A DNA stretch of 64,000 nt from Iphione sp. A-MEVVRFRX5 (taxonomy: Eukaryota), in NCBI GenBank assembly GCA_976226885.1, contig OZ320317.1, forward strand, positions 3,100,001-3,164,000, read 5' to 3'. How positions within the stretch are numbered: the stretch's first letter is position 1; each line of letters begins with the position of its first letter. The notes under the pieces were generated by a model. That model had not been told where the DNA came from. It was given only the letters and a program-made list of their open reading frames with translations, and did no database searches. This document shows positions 36,613 through 49,189 of the stretch, in pieces. The translations under genes and the position numbers were made by a program.

Positions 36613-38260
36613 ATTCAATTCAATTCAATTCAATTCTTTATTAACCAATCTTTGTCAGATTACAAAGGTTTCCTTGGACAATGTAACATTGTGCGCAAAC
36701 GTCTTGATCATTTCCCGCTGAATAAGTGTTCTCTCTTTGAGCAGTGTTGTAATTGAGATACATTGTACTGATTAAACATTCTATGTACAGGAATAAAGGT
36801 GTACAGTCTCATTATGTATAGAACATCTCTTCATTGTACAGAGCACTTGTTATAACAGATTGGCTTGTTGTACCTGAGCATGCTTAGTTTTACCACAGTG
36901 ATGACAGTTGCACATTGCATTTCAGCTTCGTTTTATCAGAGCAGTGTTCCCTCTTAGGGCGTCCCTTTCGATTCTCTCGGATGGTCAACTCAATATTAAT
37001 AGCTGCTGTTGTGCAGTAGTGATTACCTAATATAAGAACATGTTCTCGGTTTGGGTTATGCTTGGCATTAAGGCGATGTGTTTCTGGCTAGTGGGGATAG
37101 ATAAGCATGAGACAGAAATGTGCAGTTGCCTGGTGTACTGATACGTAGCGAACTGCTATTTCATTCAAATATTGTTCCCCCATTCCCATATTGCTCCCCT
37201 CATTAGGTGCCATGTGATGGTGACATTTCACTTAACCACTTAATACCTGTACCTGACCCCGGCATTGGCCATATTGAACCCCTCCCCACTATCCCATTTG
37301 GCCGTGGATATGCATTAGTGGGCCCCCCCTCCCAGACTTTGCCCTCATAGTTGCAACGGGGTATTAGTGTGTTAGGTGCCGGTTGTTAGCTGAGACATTC
37401 ACGGTCTAGTATTGACCCTTGAGCATTAGTATTTTGCCACTTAGCTTTAAGAGTGAGTACGAGTTTCCACCGGGTACCCAGTCTCTCAGTATCCAATGTG
37501 AATGATTGTTACATGTAAGTTGTGTGTATAGTGATGTAGTCAATTGTGGCTCTTCGCTGTGTATCTTCTTTCCCAGCTCGGCGTTACAGATAGTTAAGTC
37601 TGCAGTCGTTCCCCGTATTCTTGTTCCTCATCCCCTCCCAATTTCCTCCTCAGAGTTTCAGAACCTCCATCTTTTTGAGCTTGTCTGGCAGCTCATTCCA
37701 CCTTACTGCTGCTGCATATCTCAGGCTTCTTTTGAAGACCTTGCTCCTCGGTCTGTCCACCTTGATGCGCAGTGTTTGGCCACCTCTGGTTCTTGAGTGC
37801 TTGCCCATTTTCCAGAGCCCTAGTTTTACTTGGCGATGTACTGCTTCCATGGCTCTTTCGTGTGTCATTTCCTCCACCTGGATAATCCCCACTCGGTTGC
37901 AGATTGTCTTGACAGTCATGTTTGCCTTTGTCTGCAGGCAAAGCTGTATACAACGGTTTAGGTGGACTTGCAGATTGAGCGCAACCGGTTTGGCACCTCC
38001 GTACATCAGAATCGCTCCATACTGCAAGTGTGGTAGGACCAGGGCCTTAAACAACTTAGCGCAGATTCTCCAAGGAACCTGCCTCTTGATCCTTGCAATT
38101 TTTAGTGAAGCGCTCCACATTTTCTTCTTCACGTCCTTCAGGGCTTCCCGCATATTCAAGCGTGCGTCAAGATGGTACCCGAGAAGCTGTAGATGTGTTA
38201 CCATGGATAGTTCCTGCCCATTCACTTTGATACCTAGTAGCTTTTGGCATTTTACCACTT
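36613..38260 (-). mobile_element. 5'-truncated LINE (post-RT region, ~1-kb 3' UTR, tail), related to the 14648-16177 RT
   Basis: ORF 37650-38258 shares KKKMW, LQ-x-H-x-NRC and WN-x-L with the 14648 ORF. On minus, AATAAA is followed by (TGAAT)x4 at 36642-36613. Confidence 0.82.
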
Positions 38261-39125
38261 CATACTATATTGAAACGTTGACTGTAATAACTGCTTTCAT
38301 TCCTCTCCCCTATGACACTATCATCACATAAGGTTCACAAAACTTTGGCTGTTAAAATTTCATTGTCTAGTTAGCATGTAATAATATGTTTCAAATTAAA
38401 TCTGCCAATCTATATTGCTTCAGTGTTAGGGACAGACCTTAAACAAACTGTGGTAATCTATCTGTAGTCATGACAGTTACAATTTTCATCGTAAATTATG
38501 TATTGTGCATATGTTTTGCCTCACGCTGACTATAAACTCTGCTCTGTTAGCATTGTTTTCATCATCTTTAATTCCAATTTCTGAAAAATAATGTATACAG
38601 GCTTTATCTTTGAACAGTTTGAGCATGTATACCTCAGGGTGTCCTTGGGTTTCTTCGATATGTGGGTTGCCTTTTAAATTTACCTTTGAGAGGATGACAC
38701 ACTAACATAATGCAAAGATGTAATGTTGTACATTTGCATACCAGCATAAACAATCATAGACTGTGATTCACATGCAATGGAACAAAAGAAGAAACTATTG
38801 TGATATGAACCTGTATTTATATATTATTCCTGTTTTTTTTAATGACATTACTATCTATGAGTGCTATTTACCCTGTATTAATGTGGTTCGTCTGCAGTGT
38901 TTGTTTTCTTGCTCATCTGTAACTCCACAATATTCATCCCAGCAAACTCTGCCTTTGTACTAGACTAGAGTATCTATAACAGAGTGAGTTTTCAGGTCTT
39001 AACCTGTGATTTGATTAATATGTTTTAGTTTTGAATTTTGAAGTCCCAGCCATCAGTTTTCTGAGAAGTAACATATGAACATGATCTACTCTATTATATG
39101 AACATGACCTCCTCTATTCATGATC

Positions 39126-41140
39126 TGTGGTATAAGAAATGAACCATGCACTAGTCTGCATGCAAACTCGAATGGCAGCTGTTCCAGGTCTTGTTCTTCT
39201 TGGCAGAGATTTATAAAGGGTATGGGAAAAGATATATATGAGGTATATATATTGTTGCAAAGGAGCAGACAAGAGAGGGCTAGTGCGCATTTGGTGGAGG
39301 GTGTTGGGCGGAGGGGCAGAGGATTGCGGATGGGTTGAGGGAACATTTCCCTTATATAAGTGCCTTCACAGAGGGGCTGTTGGCAGTTGTTGGATTGTAC
39401 TGTTGCTTGCTAGATGTTCTTCAGAAATAAAACCACTCATTAATTGTACTCTGACTGGAAGTTTATTCTTTCACAATGGCCAAAGCTAACATTGGTGGCA
39501 GTGGTGGGATACGACACCGGGCCAAAGAACTCAGGGATGAACCATCAAGCACCTGGTGTTGGCCCCTCGGTCTGGGGAGGAAGGAGAAATCTAGCAGAGG
39601 ATAACTAGAAGTGGCCGGGGAGGACACCCTGAGGGTACCTCGGAAGAACAGTTGAAAAGGAGGCCGGAGCGGCCAGCTCGGACCTCTCCCAGTTGTGGTG
39701 GGGTGGGGAGGGGTCGGAGGGGGTTGACCCCATGGACCAGCTATCAGAGGCAGAGGAGCTAACTCCCCGCAGGTGTCCCAGGATACTGCAGGGCCCGCGG
39801 AAAGACCCACTTCACTGCATGGAACTTTAGACTCTGACCCTGACCTTTCACTTGACGCAGGCATGGTGGAGGACAAGGAAGAGATCGCTATGGTGGAGGT
39901 ATGTGGCAGGCAGAGGGGCCAGGTGAAGCCTGAGCCATTTGATGGTACCCAGGATCGGGAGGACTACCTCTACCACTTCAAATTAGTAGCCATGGCTAAT
40001 TGCTGGGGAGACCAGGAGAAGGCGGTGCAACTAGGGTTATGCCTCTGTAGGCCTGCACAGGCTGCGATGCACAACACAAGAATCAACGTGGGTGAAAGAG
40101 GAGCCTTCAAACAGTTAGTCACGGCTCTAGCAAGAAGGTTTCAGTCCCCAAACCAGGTTAATTTGTTCAAGCAATTTCTCAAATCTTTTCATCAGAAGGC
40201 CTGAGAAGACTTGTTGCAGTTAGCCGACAAAATTGAACAGTTCGTGAGGAGGGCCTATCTGGGAATCAAGGGCCTTGGGCTGAAGAGCTGTGTCACGAGA
40301 GTTTCATACAGGCCATTTGAGATGAGCAGATCCACTAGTGGATAGTCCAGAAGAGAGTTGATCGGTTCTGTACTGCTGTGTCCAAGGCTGCCTTCGCAGA
40401 GGCATACTATAAAAATCATGAGGAGAGGGAATATAAGAAGAGCAGAGGTGAAGGGACCCACCTAGGGTGTAACACAGTGACCACAGGGAAGCAGAGAATC
40501 TCAAGCCTCAGAAGAAACTGAACACTACTGAAAAACTCCTGCTGAAATTGGCAGAAAAGATCCATCAGTATGAAGGGAGGTAGAAGACCATAGGCAGTGT
40601 GAAGAAGACTGGGTGCTTCAGATATGGCAAAGAGGGGCACTATTGCCGTGATTGCCCAGAAAAGCCCAAGCCAGCAGAAAATGCCCAGCCATCCTCCAAG
40701 TAAGGGAAGAGAGAGAGAGGCATTCATCTCCAGGATTGTGATGGTGGAAGAGCGGGTGCCTGGCGATGCAGTGGAGGAAGAGGAGAATGAGTTACGTGGA
40801 GTGCTTGACCCCAAGATGGGAGCTCTCACACTGGGAAGAATGATTAAGGATCAAGAATTGACTTGGTTGGTGGATACTGGGGCCTCCGCGAGCCTGGCAG
40901 ACACAATGGTCGCAGAGGCCCCAGTATCAACCAACCTGAATCTTCCCGTCTCGCCTAAGCCAGGGCAGAAGATCGTAGATGGGCACCTGCTTCCTTGCCA
41001 AGGAGAGGCCAAGTTTGAAGTATGCTTCTTGGGGGCAAGATGGCTGTTGAGGGCATATGAAGCGGAGGTAGAATTTGCGGCCATCATGGGGAGTGATGCC
41101 CTCCACAGGTGGGAAGCGGTGGTTGACACCGCGAAGCCAT
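39126..41140 (+). mobile_element. Decayed Ty3/Gypsy 5' half: LTR (~39126-39491), PBS, gag, protease
   Basis: TGTGG...TAACA; PBS TGGTGGCAGTGGTGGGAT (39493-39510, tRNA-Leu type, 1 mismatch); KPEPFDG..ANCW, CFRYGKEGHYCRDC knuckle (40614), LVDTGAS (40873). The LTR 5' boundary is less certain. Confidence 0.8.
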
Positions 41141-41149
41141 TATCTCTTA

Positions 41150-42700
41150 CCTGGGTTTACCACATTTCTTCTTGCTTACCATCATGGATTTCAAAAGGAA
41201 TTTCCAGGGTTGACTTTGGCATACATAAAGCCTCCATTTTTTCCTTTGAGACATTCACTGTTCATGGTCAGAAGCAACCAAACACTTCTGCTACACCACA
41301 TTACTGCATTCAGAGCTAGCTGATTGGCGCCTCTCAGTCTGAGCAAATCCCTGGCTCCAACCAGGATGGTAGGGTTGTCCGCATAAAGAACAATCAAACA
41401 ATCCTTTTGTATGTGACTCACAATTTCATCCATCATGATACAGAAGGCATTAGGGCAAAAACCATAGCCCAAGGAAATGATAAGTCTGTGCTTGATGAGT
41501 CTGAGGGTTGAGTCCTCACCTCAGCACCATGTGAATTGTTTGCACCCCATGGCCCTGACCCTGCAGCGCTCAGCCTCCTAAGGATGCCTGATGAAAGTAC
41601 TAGTTCAAAGGCCTTCCTCAGGTCAGTGTTGTTATAGCTGTTTCTGTACTTCAACCTTTATGGTGACAGTGCTGGTGATCCCCTAAGAACTGGCACACTT
41701 CCAGTTGGCTCATGAGACTACCCACAGATCAACCTTTCAAAATTTTCCTCAGCAGGAGAAAAATCCAAACAGATCTGTAATTACTGAAACAATTCTTGTC
41801 CCCTTTGCTAAAAAAGGGGGGTGCCCCAGGTGGTTTTCCAGGAGTCTGGATATTTGTCAGATGCGACAATTCTGACCAAGATCAAGTAACCAGATCCAAG
41901 ACCAGCAGTAGTAGAGGCTTTAACAGTTTTGTTGGATTGCCCTCTACCCCTGAAACCTTCTATATGTTTTGGTCCTATGTAAGAGGTGTTAGTTCGACTG
42001 GTGAAAGGACTGAAAGCTGAAACTGTGGCTGCATGTTGTTCACACTGTATGCTTTGAGCTTGGTGGTTTGGAGTGGGAGCTTGGCCACTTCATTAATGAA
42101 ATATCTCTTAAAGTATTTCTGTCAAGTTGCTGGCAAAACTATCCCATGCCTAGTACGGGTCCTCACTGAGGCTGATACAAGGCTCACACAGCTTGTCATG
42201 CATCTTGCTGAGGTCCACCTTGTTCCACATCTGGACTTCTCGAGTTTCTGAAATGTGCAGCCTCCTTTTCTCTTTTTTCACTAGCACCCCAGTGCCACAC
42301 TGGAACAGTCTACAAGTATGAACCTTAGCTAGTACTGAATGTCCACCCTTCTATAACCTAGATGACAATGCTACCTCTGAGGTGTTTTGTCTCACTCACC
42401 CTATCAGTGGGAGCTAAATTGTAGCCTTGTATCAATCTTTCCATCAGCGTGACTGGAATTCATCCATGGTTCATTGACTAGACAGATATCCACACTCTCT
42501 TGCAACAGATGTCTATCTAGATCATCCACCTTTTTAAAAAGGCTTTGGGTATTATATGCCATGATCCAAACACCCTTCATGGTAAACCCCCTATTGAATC
42601 ACTAAACTTGACTAGCTCCTATCAACCATTATAGAGTGTGGTACCCAACAAGTCTACATGCTGTCATCACTCCCCACAAGCTCAATGAAGCAAAATTAGT
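41150..42700 (-). mobile_element. Decayed LINE ORF2 remnants
   Basis: KGDKNCFSNYRSV, DLRKAFELV, CPNAFCIMMDEI..IVLYADN; same family as 14648-16177. The upstream boundary is approximate. Confidence 0.65.
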
Positions 42701-43729
42701 ACTAACACACAACCAGGATATGCCACCTTTCCACGCAAGAAGAGAAAAACCTCACTAGATCACAACAACCATACATCAACTATACAGACACTGTGTAACA
42801 GCCGCATCATTGAAAACTGGCAGACAGTTCACAGCTGTTCAGCACACACCCCACTGTTTATTCCAGAGATATACAAACATAGCCAGATTTATGTTAGAAA
42901 TTATCCAGATACTGCTATGTGGTATGCAGCCACAACAGTGCTTGTAGCCATGTTCTCCAATCACAATGTGACAGTTGGTCATGTACAATATTCACTTACA
43001 ATGTTCAAAATTTTAAAAAAGTTTCTAGTCAGATTATCAGTGTACTGCACTCTCTCATATACTTTGAAATAAATACAGATGACTTAGCATGTTCTCAATG
43101 GATAAACTGTTTATAAATTTACATTACCACATAATGACATGTGACAGTCATAATTCTACTATAGTCACACATGAGTGATAGTGTCACTCAAATGTCATCT
43201 GCACAGATTGGTTACATGAGTCGCATAATAAAATAGCATAACATCATTGGCTATGGAACACTTTGGCAGATATTGTGATCATAAAAAAAGTCATTTGGCC
43301 ATGTAGCCATATGTCAGTTATCAATACCTGACTAATAAGTAAACTTGCAAATCAATAAACACAGATTTGATTAAGCTAGGAAGACTGAAGAAATTTTTTT
43401 TACATAACACAAAATCTAGAAACAGTGTTGACACAGTACATATAGCAATATATCTAAAATACCAGGTTTTTAGGCAGCATTCAGGTATGTAAGGAATCAT
43501 TCTTTAAAGAACTGTTACAACTCGCCTGCTGCTATGGCCTATGATACTTATGTTGCTCAAGGAGTCACAGTAAGTATTGTCTCACTAAAACAGGCAATAT
43601 GCACTATTATGAAAATCATCAAACATCCCTCTTTTACATCTAGAATATTACAATTCTGTTCATTTAGACAATCAATCAATTTTGTCATTTAAATGATTTA
43701 ATAATTGATAGCTCCTTTAACTTAAATAA

Positions 43730-44100
43730 ATGGGAAATATTCTTAAAGCTGGCAGTAAGCTCAATCTAGTTTATATAACCCCTATTTCTCTTTTTCAATT
43801 TTCCTCTATGATTTCAGAAATCTTTGACCAATTGTTGATTCACTTCCTAGAAAATAGATTGTTAATTCCAACTCGCTTTGGCTGTCAACTGGATAGGAGC
43901 ACTAGGGAAGCAATCTATCGTGCTTTGTTATATACTTATGACGGATATAATTTGAAAGGAATTTAAGTTAAAACTTTTAACCTTAAAAAGCCACTTCACA
44001 TCGTGGATAGACAGTTTTTGTTATCAAAATTACAAAGACTCCATTCATTCTCTAAACATTCAATAAAATTGTTTAAAAATAGCTTGGAAGGGAGGATGTG
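43730..44100 (+). mobile_element. Decayed LINE RT fragment
   Basis: YITPISLF..SEIFDQLLIHFLEN..RFGCQLDRSTREAI..IVDRQFLLSKL matches RT subdomains 1-3. Confidence 0.6.
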
Positions 44101-44369
44101 ATTCTTTAGCATTAATGTACAGAGGATAATCTAAATCTGAACGATTGCCATTTCCATCGAAAACATTCAGTTTTCAGAAAATTTCGATTTCAAATAGTAG
44201 CCTAAGGCCACTGTCACTTTCAATCAGTTAAGTGGGGCCCTAAGCCCGACCTCAACACTTTTCATACCTACATAAGTAAACAATCATGTAATGAATGTGA
44301 ACTATTATAAACTTTTGGTATATATTTATTGGTCTATATACCTTTGATTTTTAACGAAGTCGAGGGACA

Positions 44370-44570
44370 GTGACCGGGGCTCGCTGTCAGCTTGCCGAAG
44401 TGTGAGCTCATCAAATGGTAGTGTCTATCTTTGATTTTAAATTAACTTGGGGGTGAGCAACAGGGCTCACTGTCAGCTCACAGAGGTGCAGCCTCTCAAA
44501 TGATAACAAACTTAGGAGAGAGCAACCAGGGCTCACCAACAGCTTGTCGAGGTGTGAGCTCTTGGAAAGT
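44370..44570 (+). repeat. Three degenerate copies of a ~50-bp motif (CAGGGCTCACTGTCAGCT..GAGGTGTGAGCTC)
   Basis: Copies near 44372, 44457 and 44522. Confidence 0.5.
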
Positions 44571-44768
44571 AGAGCATTTATAACAAAAAAATGCACACCA
44601 CACGATTGGTGTTCATTCCAAGCCTTTATTCGTGGAGCAGCGATACACTCAGATGGTTCCTCACAAGTGAGGCCCACAAAGGGCTCACACCTTATATAAA
44701 CAAGAATAGGGTCATTTGTTATCAAACTACCAAAGTATTCTAGACAACTCAGCAGGTGTTCAACATAA

Positions 44769-45970
44769 TGTAATGTGATAATGTTACCTGTGGCACCACA
44801 GCCACTCGTATTGTACTTAGCGAACTCTAAGACATAATAGTAATACTGCCTGTGGTTCCACAGCCACTTGTGTTGCACTTGATGAACTCTAAGACTTAGT
44901 AGTAACGTTGCCTGTGGCACCACAGTTGTGTAGATCGTAGTAGTGACGTTGCCTGTGGCACCACAGTCACTTGTATTGTACTTGATGAACTCTAAGACTT
45001 AGTAGTAACGTTGCCTGCGGCACCACAGTTGTGTAGATTGTAGTAGTAACGTTGCCTGTGGCACCACAGCCACTCGTGTTGTACTCTAAGACGTAATAGT
45101 AATACTGCCTGTGGTTCCACAGCCACTTGTGTTGCACTTGATGAACTCTAAGACTTAGTAGTAACGTTGCCTGTGGCACCACAGTTGTGTAGATCGTAGT
45201 AGTGACGTTGCCTGTGGCACCACAGTCACTTGTATTGTACTTGATGAACTCTAAGACTTAGTAGTAACGTTGCCTGCGGCACCACAGTTGTGTAGATTGT
45301 AGTAGTAACGTTGCCTGTGGCACCACAGCCACTTGTGTTGTACTTGATGAACTCTAAGACTTAGTAGTAACATTGCCTGTGGCACCACAGTCACTGGTGT
45401 TGTACTTGGTGAACTCTAAGACCTTAGTGCATGTGTACTGGAGAGTAAGCTTAGGGCCGCCTGTGGCACCACAGTCATTTATGCTGGATGGCCTGTGGTA
45501 CCACAGGCATATAGGATGTCTAAGGTCACCTTGAACCCTGGATGACAAGGCACCTGCAATATGATTGGTAGACAGAAAAAATCTTTGGAATGTTGTAGCC
45601 TTTTTATTCCATGACTGATACATTGTACTAATCACATGACCAGGAGTTTGGCTATAAATATGGGCCCGGTGTGGCCAATAAAACAGTTTGCACTTGGACC
45701 TCACTAGTGGACCTTGTTGATTTGGGGATGTAACAAACCCACTTGGATTACCTAGGGTTGGCACTTGGATGTAACCGCACTGGGACTACAGTGAAGTAAC
45801 TGAGACAGGATAGCACTAGACATAGCTGGATCTACCAAGTGGGAGATTTAACAGAGAATTATCCTGGAGTTAGGACTTGGATAAAATCTCACTGGAATTA
45901 TAGTGGAGTAACTAAGCGAGTTGGACTTAGTTGGATTACACCAAGTGAGGAAGTCAGCCATTAAATTACA
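44769..45970 (+). repeat. 5' LTR (1202 bp) with internal array of 14 CTGYGG-NN-CCACAG units
   Basis: Array spans 44788-45506 with unit spacings mostly 41-62 bp; TATAAATA at 45653. Confidence 0.95.
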
Positions 45971-45971
45971 C

Positions 45972-45989
45972 TGGTGGCAGCGGTGGGAT
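45972..45989 (+). promoter_or_regulatory. Primer-binding site for tRNA-Leu
   Basis: TGGTGGCAGCGGTGGGAT is complementary to the 3' end (AUCCCACCGCUGCCACCA) of metazoan tRNA-Leu AAG/UAG; it lies 1 nt after the LTR. Confidence 0.85.
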
Positions 45990-46002
45990 AAACATTAACA
46001 AC

Positions 46003-46842
46003 ATGGCTACACACTATGTGGCAGTGGACGACGAAGTGCAGATTCGGGTTCCTAGCCCAGCACCAGCGGGCAGCGACGAGGAAGAAGGTGAGCAATTTGA
46101 ACTGGCCCCTGAGCAGCCATTGAAGATGAATGCCATGAAGCCAGAGCGCTTCGATGGTAAGACTGTGGATTGGGACAGTTGGATAGGCCAATTCATGGAG
46201 TGGGCGGACGCTTGCAAGTGGAATGAGAATACCCGCTGTTCTGCATTAACACTATTGCTCACTGGCCCAGCGCGAATGTATTATGGAGATCTACCGCCAG
46301 AGGATAAGCGAGATTACGGGTCGCGAGTCACTGCATTGGAGCGACGGTTCGGTAGGCGACGTGACCGAGTGGTGGCCATGCAAAAGCTCTCCAGTATCCG
46401 TAGGCAAAAGGATGAGGATGTTCGCGACCTGGCCGATCGAGTGAGGCGTCTGGTGAGGAATGCGTACCCTGATGTGTCCGGGGAGACCCGGGAGCTGGCA
46501 GCCGTAGCCGCTTTTCAACGATCTTTAGCCGATTCTCTTCACCTCAAGTGCCTGGAGGCGAAGTGTACAACTTTGGATGCCGCTGTACAGGTGGTGGAGA
46601 CCCAAGAGCGCTTCGTCGCTAAGAAGATACAGGTGGTACAGGCCCCCTCGACTCCGGCGTGGACAAAACCTATGGAGGAACTTACCAAGGAGCTCGCAAA
46701 AATCCGAGAGGAGATGCAGGCCCGAGAGGAAGTATGGAACAGGAAGCCACGCTACACAAAATGCTTCCAGTGCGGGCAGGACGGCCATTTCCGACGGTAC
46801 TGTCCTGAGTTACAGGGAAACGGATCCCAGTTGGCCAACTAG
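46003..46842 (+). CDS. gag: Intact Gag (capsid plus CCHC zinc knuckle), 279 aa
   Basis: ATG just after the PBS; KPERFDG..W..W motif; CFQCGQDGHFRRYC. Confidence 0.92.
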   Translation: MATHYVAVDDEVQIRVPSPAPAGSDEEEGEQFELAPEQPLKMNAMKPERFDGKTVDWDSWIGQFMEWADACKWNENTRCSALTLLLTGPARMYYGDLPPEDKRDYGSRVTALERRFGRRRDRVVAMQKLSSIRRQKDEDVRDLADRVRRLVRNAYPDVSGETRELAAVAAFQRSLADSLHLKCLEAKCTTLDAAVQVVETQERFVAKKIQVVQAPSTPAWTKPMEELTKELAKIREEMQAREEVWNRKPRYTKCFQCGQDGHFRRYCPELQGNGSQLAN

Positions 46843-46850
46843 GCTGGGAT
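46815..46850 (+). promoter_or_regulatory. Candidate -1 ribosomal frameshift signal (gag-pol)
   Basis: G_GGA_AAC (46815-46821) is in the gag frame; the -1 frame is open into the protease; ATCCCAG (46824-46830) pairs with CTGGGAT (46844-46850). Confidence 0.7.
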
Positions 46851-48135
46851 GGTACGACTGGAATAACACTAACGGGGACTACAATGGAACCAGGTCAGGG
46901 ACCATGGCTGAAGGTGAGCCTTGATGGAAGGTCAGTAGAACTGTTGATTGACACTGGTGCTGAGGTATCCATTGTTAACCCCCATGTGGTCCCTGGCCTG
47001 GAGGGAGAAGGGTCCCTGACACATATCACTGGGGTGGGGGGACATGTTATCCCTACCTTAGGGCATTATACCTGTGTACTAGAGATAGCAGGGGAGAGCT
47101 TCAGTCATTCCTTCCTAGTAGTGGAGGTAGAAGAGGATGGGATCTTGGGAAGCGACTTTCTGTGTCAACACCGCGCAGTTATTGACCTTGCTAGAAAAGA
47201 GATAGCTCTGAATAGGTGCTGCCGAGTGGCTAGACAGGAGACAGAGGTACGAGTGGCCCATGATGTGACACTACCGGCTGGGGCAGGGCTCGCCGTGCTC
47301 ATTACCCACTATGGAGAGACACCCCTGATAGTAGAAGGACTATTAGAATCGCAGTGGAGACAGGGGGTTGTTGGGATGAGATGCCTTGTTGAATTGACCT
47401 TGCCCATGTGGAACACCACTGAGACAGAGATATTCCTGAGGCAGGGGACACAGATTGCTGTGGGGGTGCCTACCCAACCTTGGGAGGAAATCCCGGCGAG
47501 TCCCCAGAAAGGTGTGTATGCAATCAGGAAGGCAGTAGCGGATGTCATCCAAGAGTTGGTGAAGCCTACGGACGGGACTCTTACGTCCGAACAGCAGGGG
47601 CAACTGAGAAGATTACTAAGAAAACATAGCCTTACGTTTGCCATGAGAGCCAAGATGAGTGGGACGCGGCACTCCCCTTCCTCATGATGGCATATAGGGC
47701 TTCACCACAAGCTAGCACCGGGTACACCCCAAACTACCTAATGTTCGGACGTGAGGTTACTCTCCTGGTACATGAGATGGATGGGCTTCCTTAAAAAAAA
47801 CCCAGAGGTGGAAGACTTACCTGACCCAGTAGGGGAAATGTTGGGACGACTTCGAGAGGCATACGGTAGAGTCTGGAAGAACCTGAGGTCGGCGGCTCGA
47901 TCCCAGGCCCGAGCTTATGATCGGAGGATGAAGGGGAAAGCTTTGAAGGTGGGGGCGGCGGTATGGCTCCATGAGGCGCAGCCACCAAAAGGGAGAAGCC
48001 CGAAGATTCACTTCCCCTGGTCAGGGCTGTGGTTAGTTACCTGAGCTCTGGATGATGAACGACTGATAGTGCAACGCTCTAAACAAGCGAGGCCGAGAGT
48101 AGTGCATCGGAATCGGTTACGGTTGTATCGGGGGG
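46818..48135 (+). pseudogene. pol: Deleted pol: aspartic protease and linker joined at ~47640 to the integrase C-terminus
   Basis: LLIDTGAEVS; LRRLLRKHSLTFA is followed directly by EWDAALPFLMMAYRAS..TGYTP..LMFGRE and then VVHRNRLRLY; no RT or RNase H motifs. Confidence 0.9.
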
Positions 48136-49150
48136 AACGATTACCCTGGTGGATCATCTCCTGGCGGAAGAAGGCGGAGCTCCCGTCCCAGACGGCGGTG
48201 GCGGGGTCCCCGTATAGGAAGCCGGAATAAGGAGATGGACGAAGAAGATGTTCGGGACGAGTGTCCTGGAGACTCGAATATGAGTCTGGAGATAGGAGGA
48301 CAAACATCCTGGCTGCGCTCGAAATGGTTCATGGGGAGCGGTGGACGGCCCGGAGCCATTGAGGCTCGAAATAACCACCAGAGGCATCACAGGTGGCCTG
48401 AGGGTTTATCAACCGGCAACGACCTGTGGAAGGGGAGGCCTCCCTGGTAGCAATCGAAAAGTCCGCGGGGCCAATTAGGGAATGCCCGGAAGCGCATGTC
48501 ACGCTCAGAAATTCCCTGGAGGAGGATGAACATCCTGGGGTTTACCCGGCCCAAAAGTTCATGGAGGAGGGCGGACCTCCTGGAGTTGCTCGAAAGGCCT
48601 GGCGAGGGAAATGAACACCCTGGAGTGCGCAAAAAGTTTGTGGAACGGGTAGGGAGAGAACGTCCCGGAGGCAGTGGAGCTCAAAACGGTTCGGTGCGAG
48701 AGACGCGGGGAGATCGGAGGGATGATGTCGGCATCATTCCTCCGGGAGACGTTACGGCAGGCAGAAGAAGTAAAGAAGCCTAGTTGCGGTATGCGTCCTC
48801 TGGACGGGGGAGAAGACCAAGTTGCAGTCCTTGTCCTCTGGACTGGGCTGGCCGAGTTGCCGTCCTTTTCCTCTGGAAGGAGAGAAGCACCAGGGATGGT
48901 GGACAACAGAAACCAAGCTGTGGTCCTTGTCCTCTGGGCGGGGCTGTACTAGAACAAGAAGAAAACGGAGAGGAATTTGAACTACGAACAAGCTTTAATT
49001 CAAGAATCACCAACAATGGAACAACGCGAAGTAGGCAGTAATTACGACTGGCAAACAATGAAAGTCACATGCATGAGATTCGCGATCGCAAGATGAGTCT
49101 ATGTACACATGGATGAGCGGGGAGTTCAATTAAAAGAGGAACAGGAGAAG

Positions 49151-49189
<39 letters not shown>

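Noticed and set aside
44788-45506. CRISPR-like repeat/spacer appearance in the LTR arrays
   Set aside because: The spacers are themselves repeated and related, the array is duplicated as part of two LTRs, the context is eukaryotic, and no cas genes are present.
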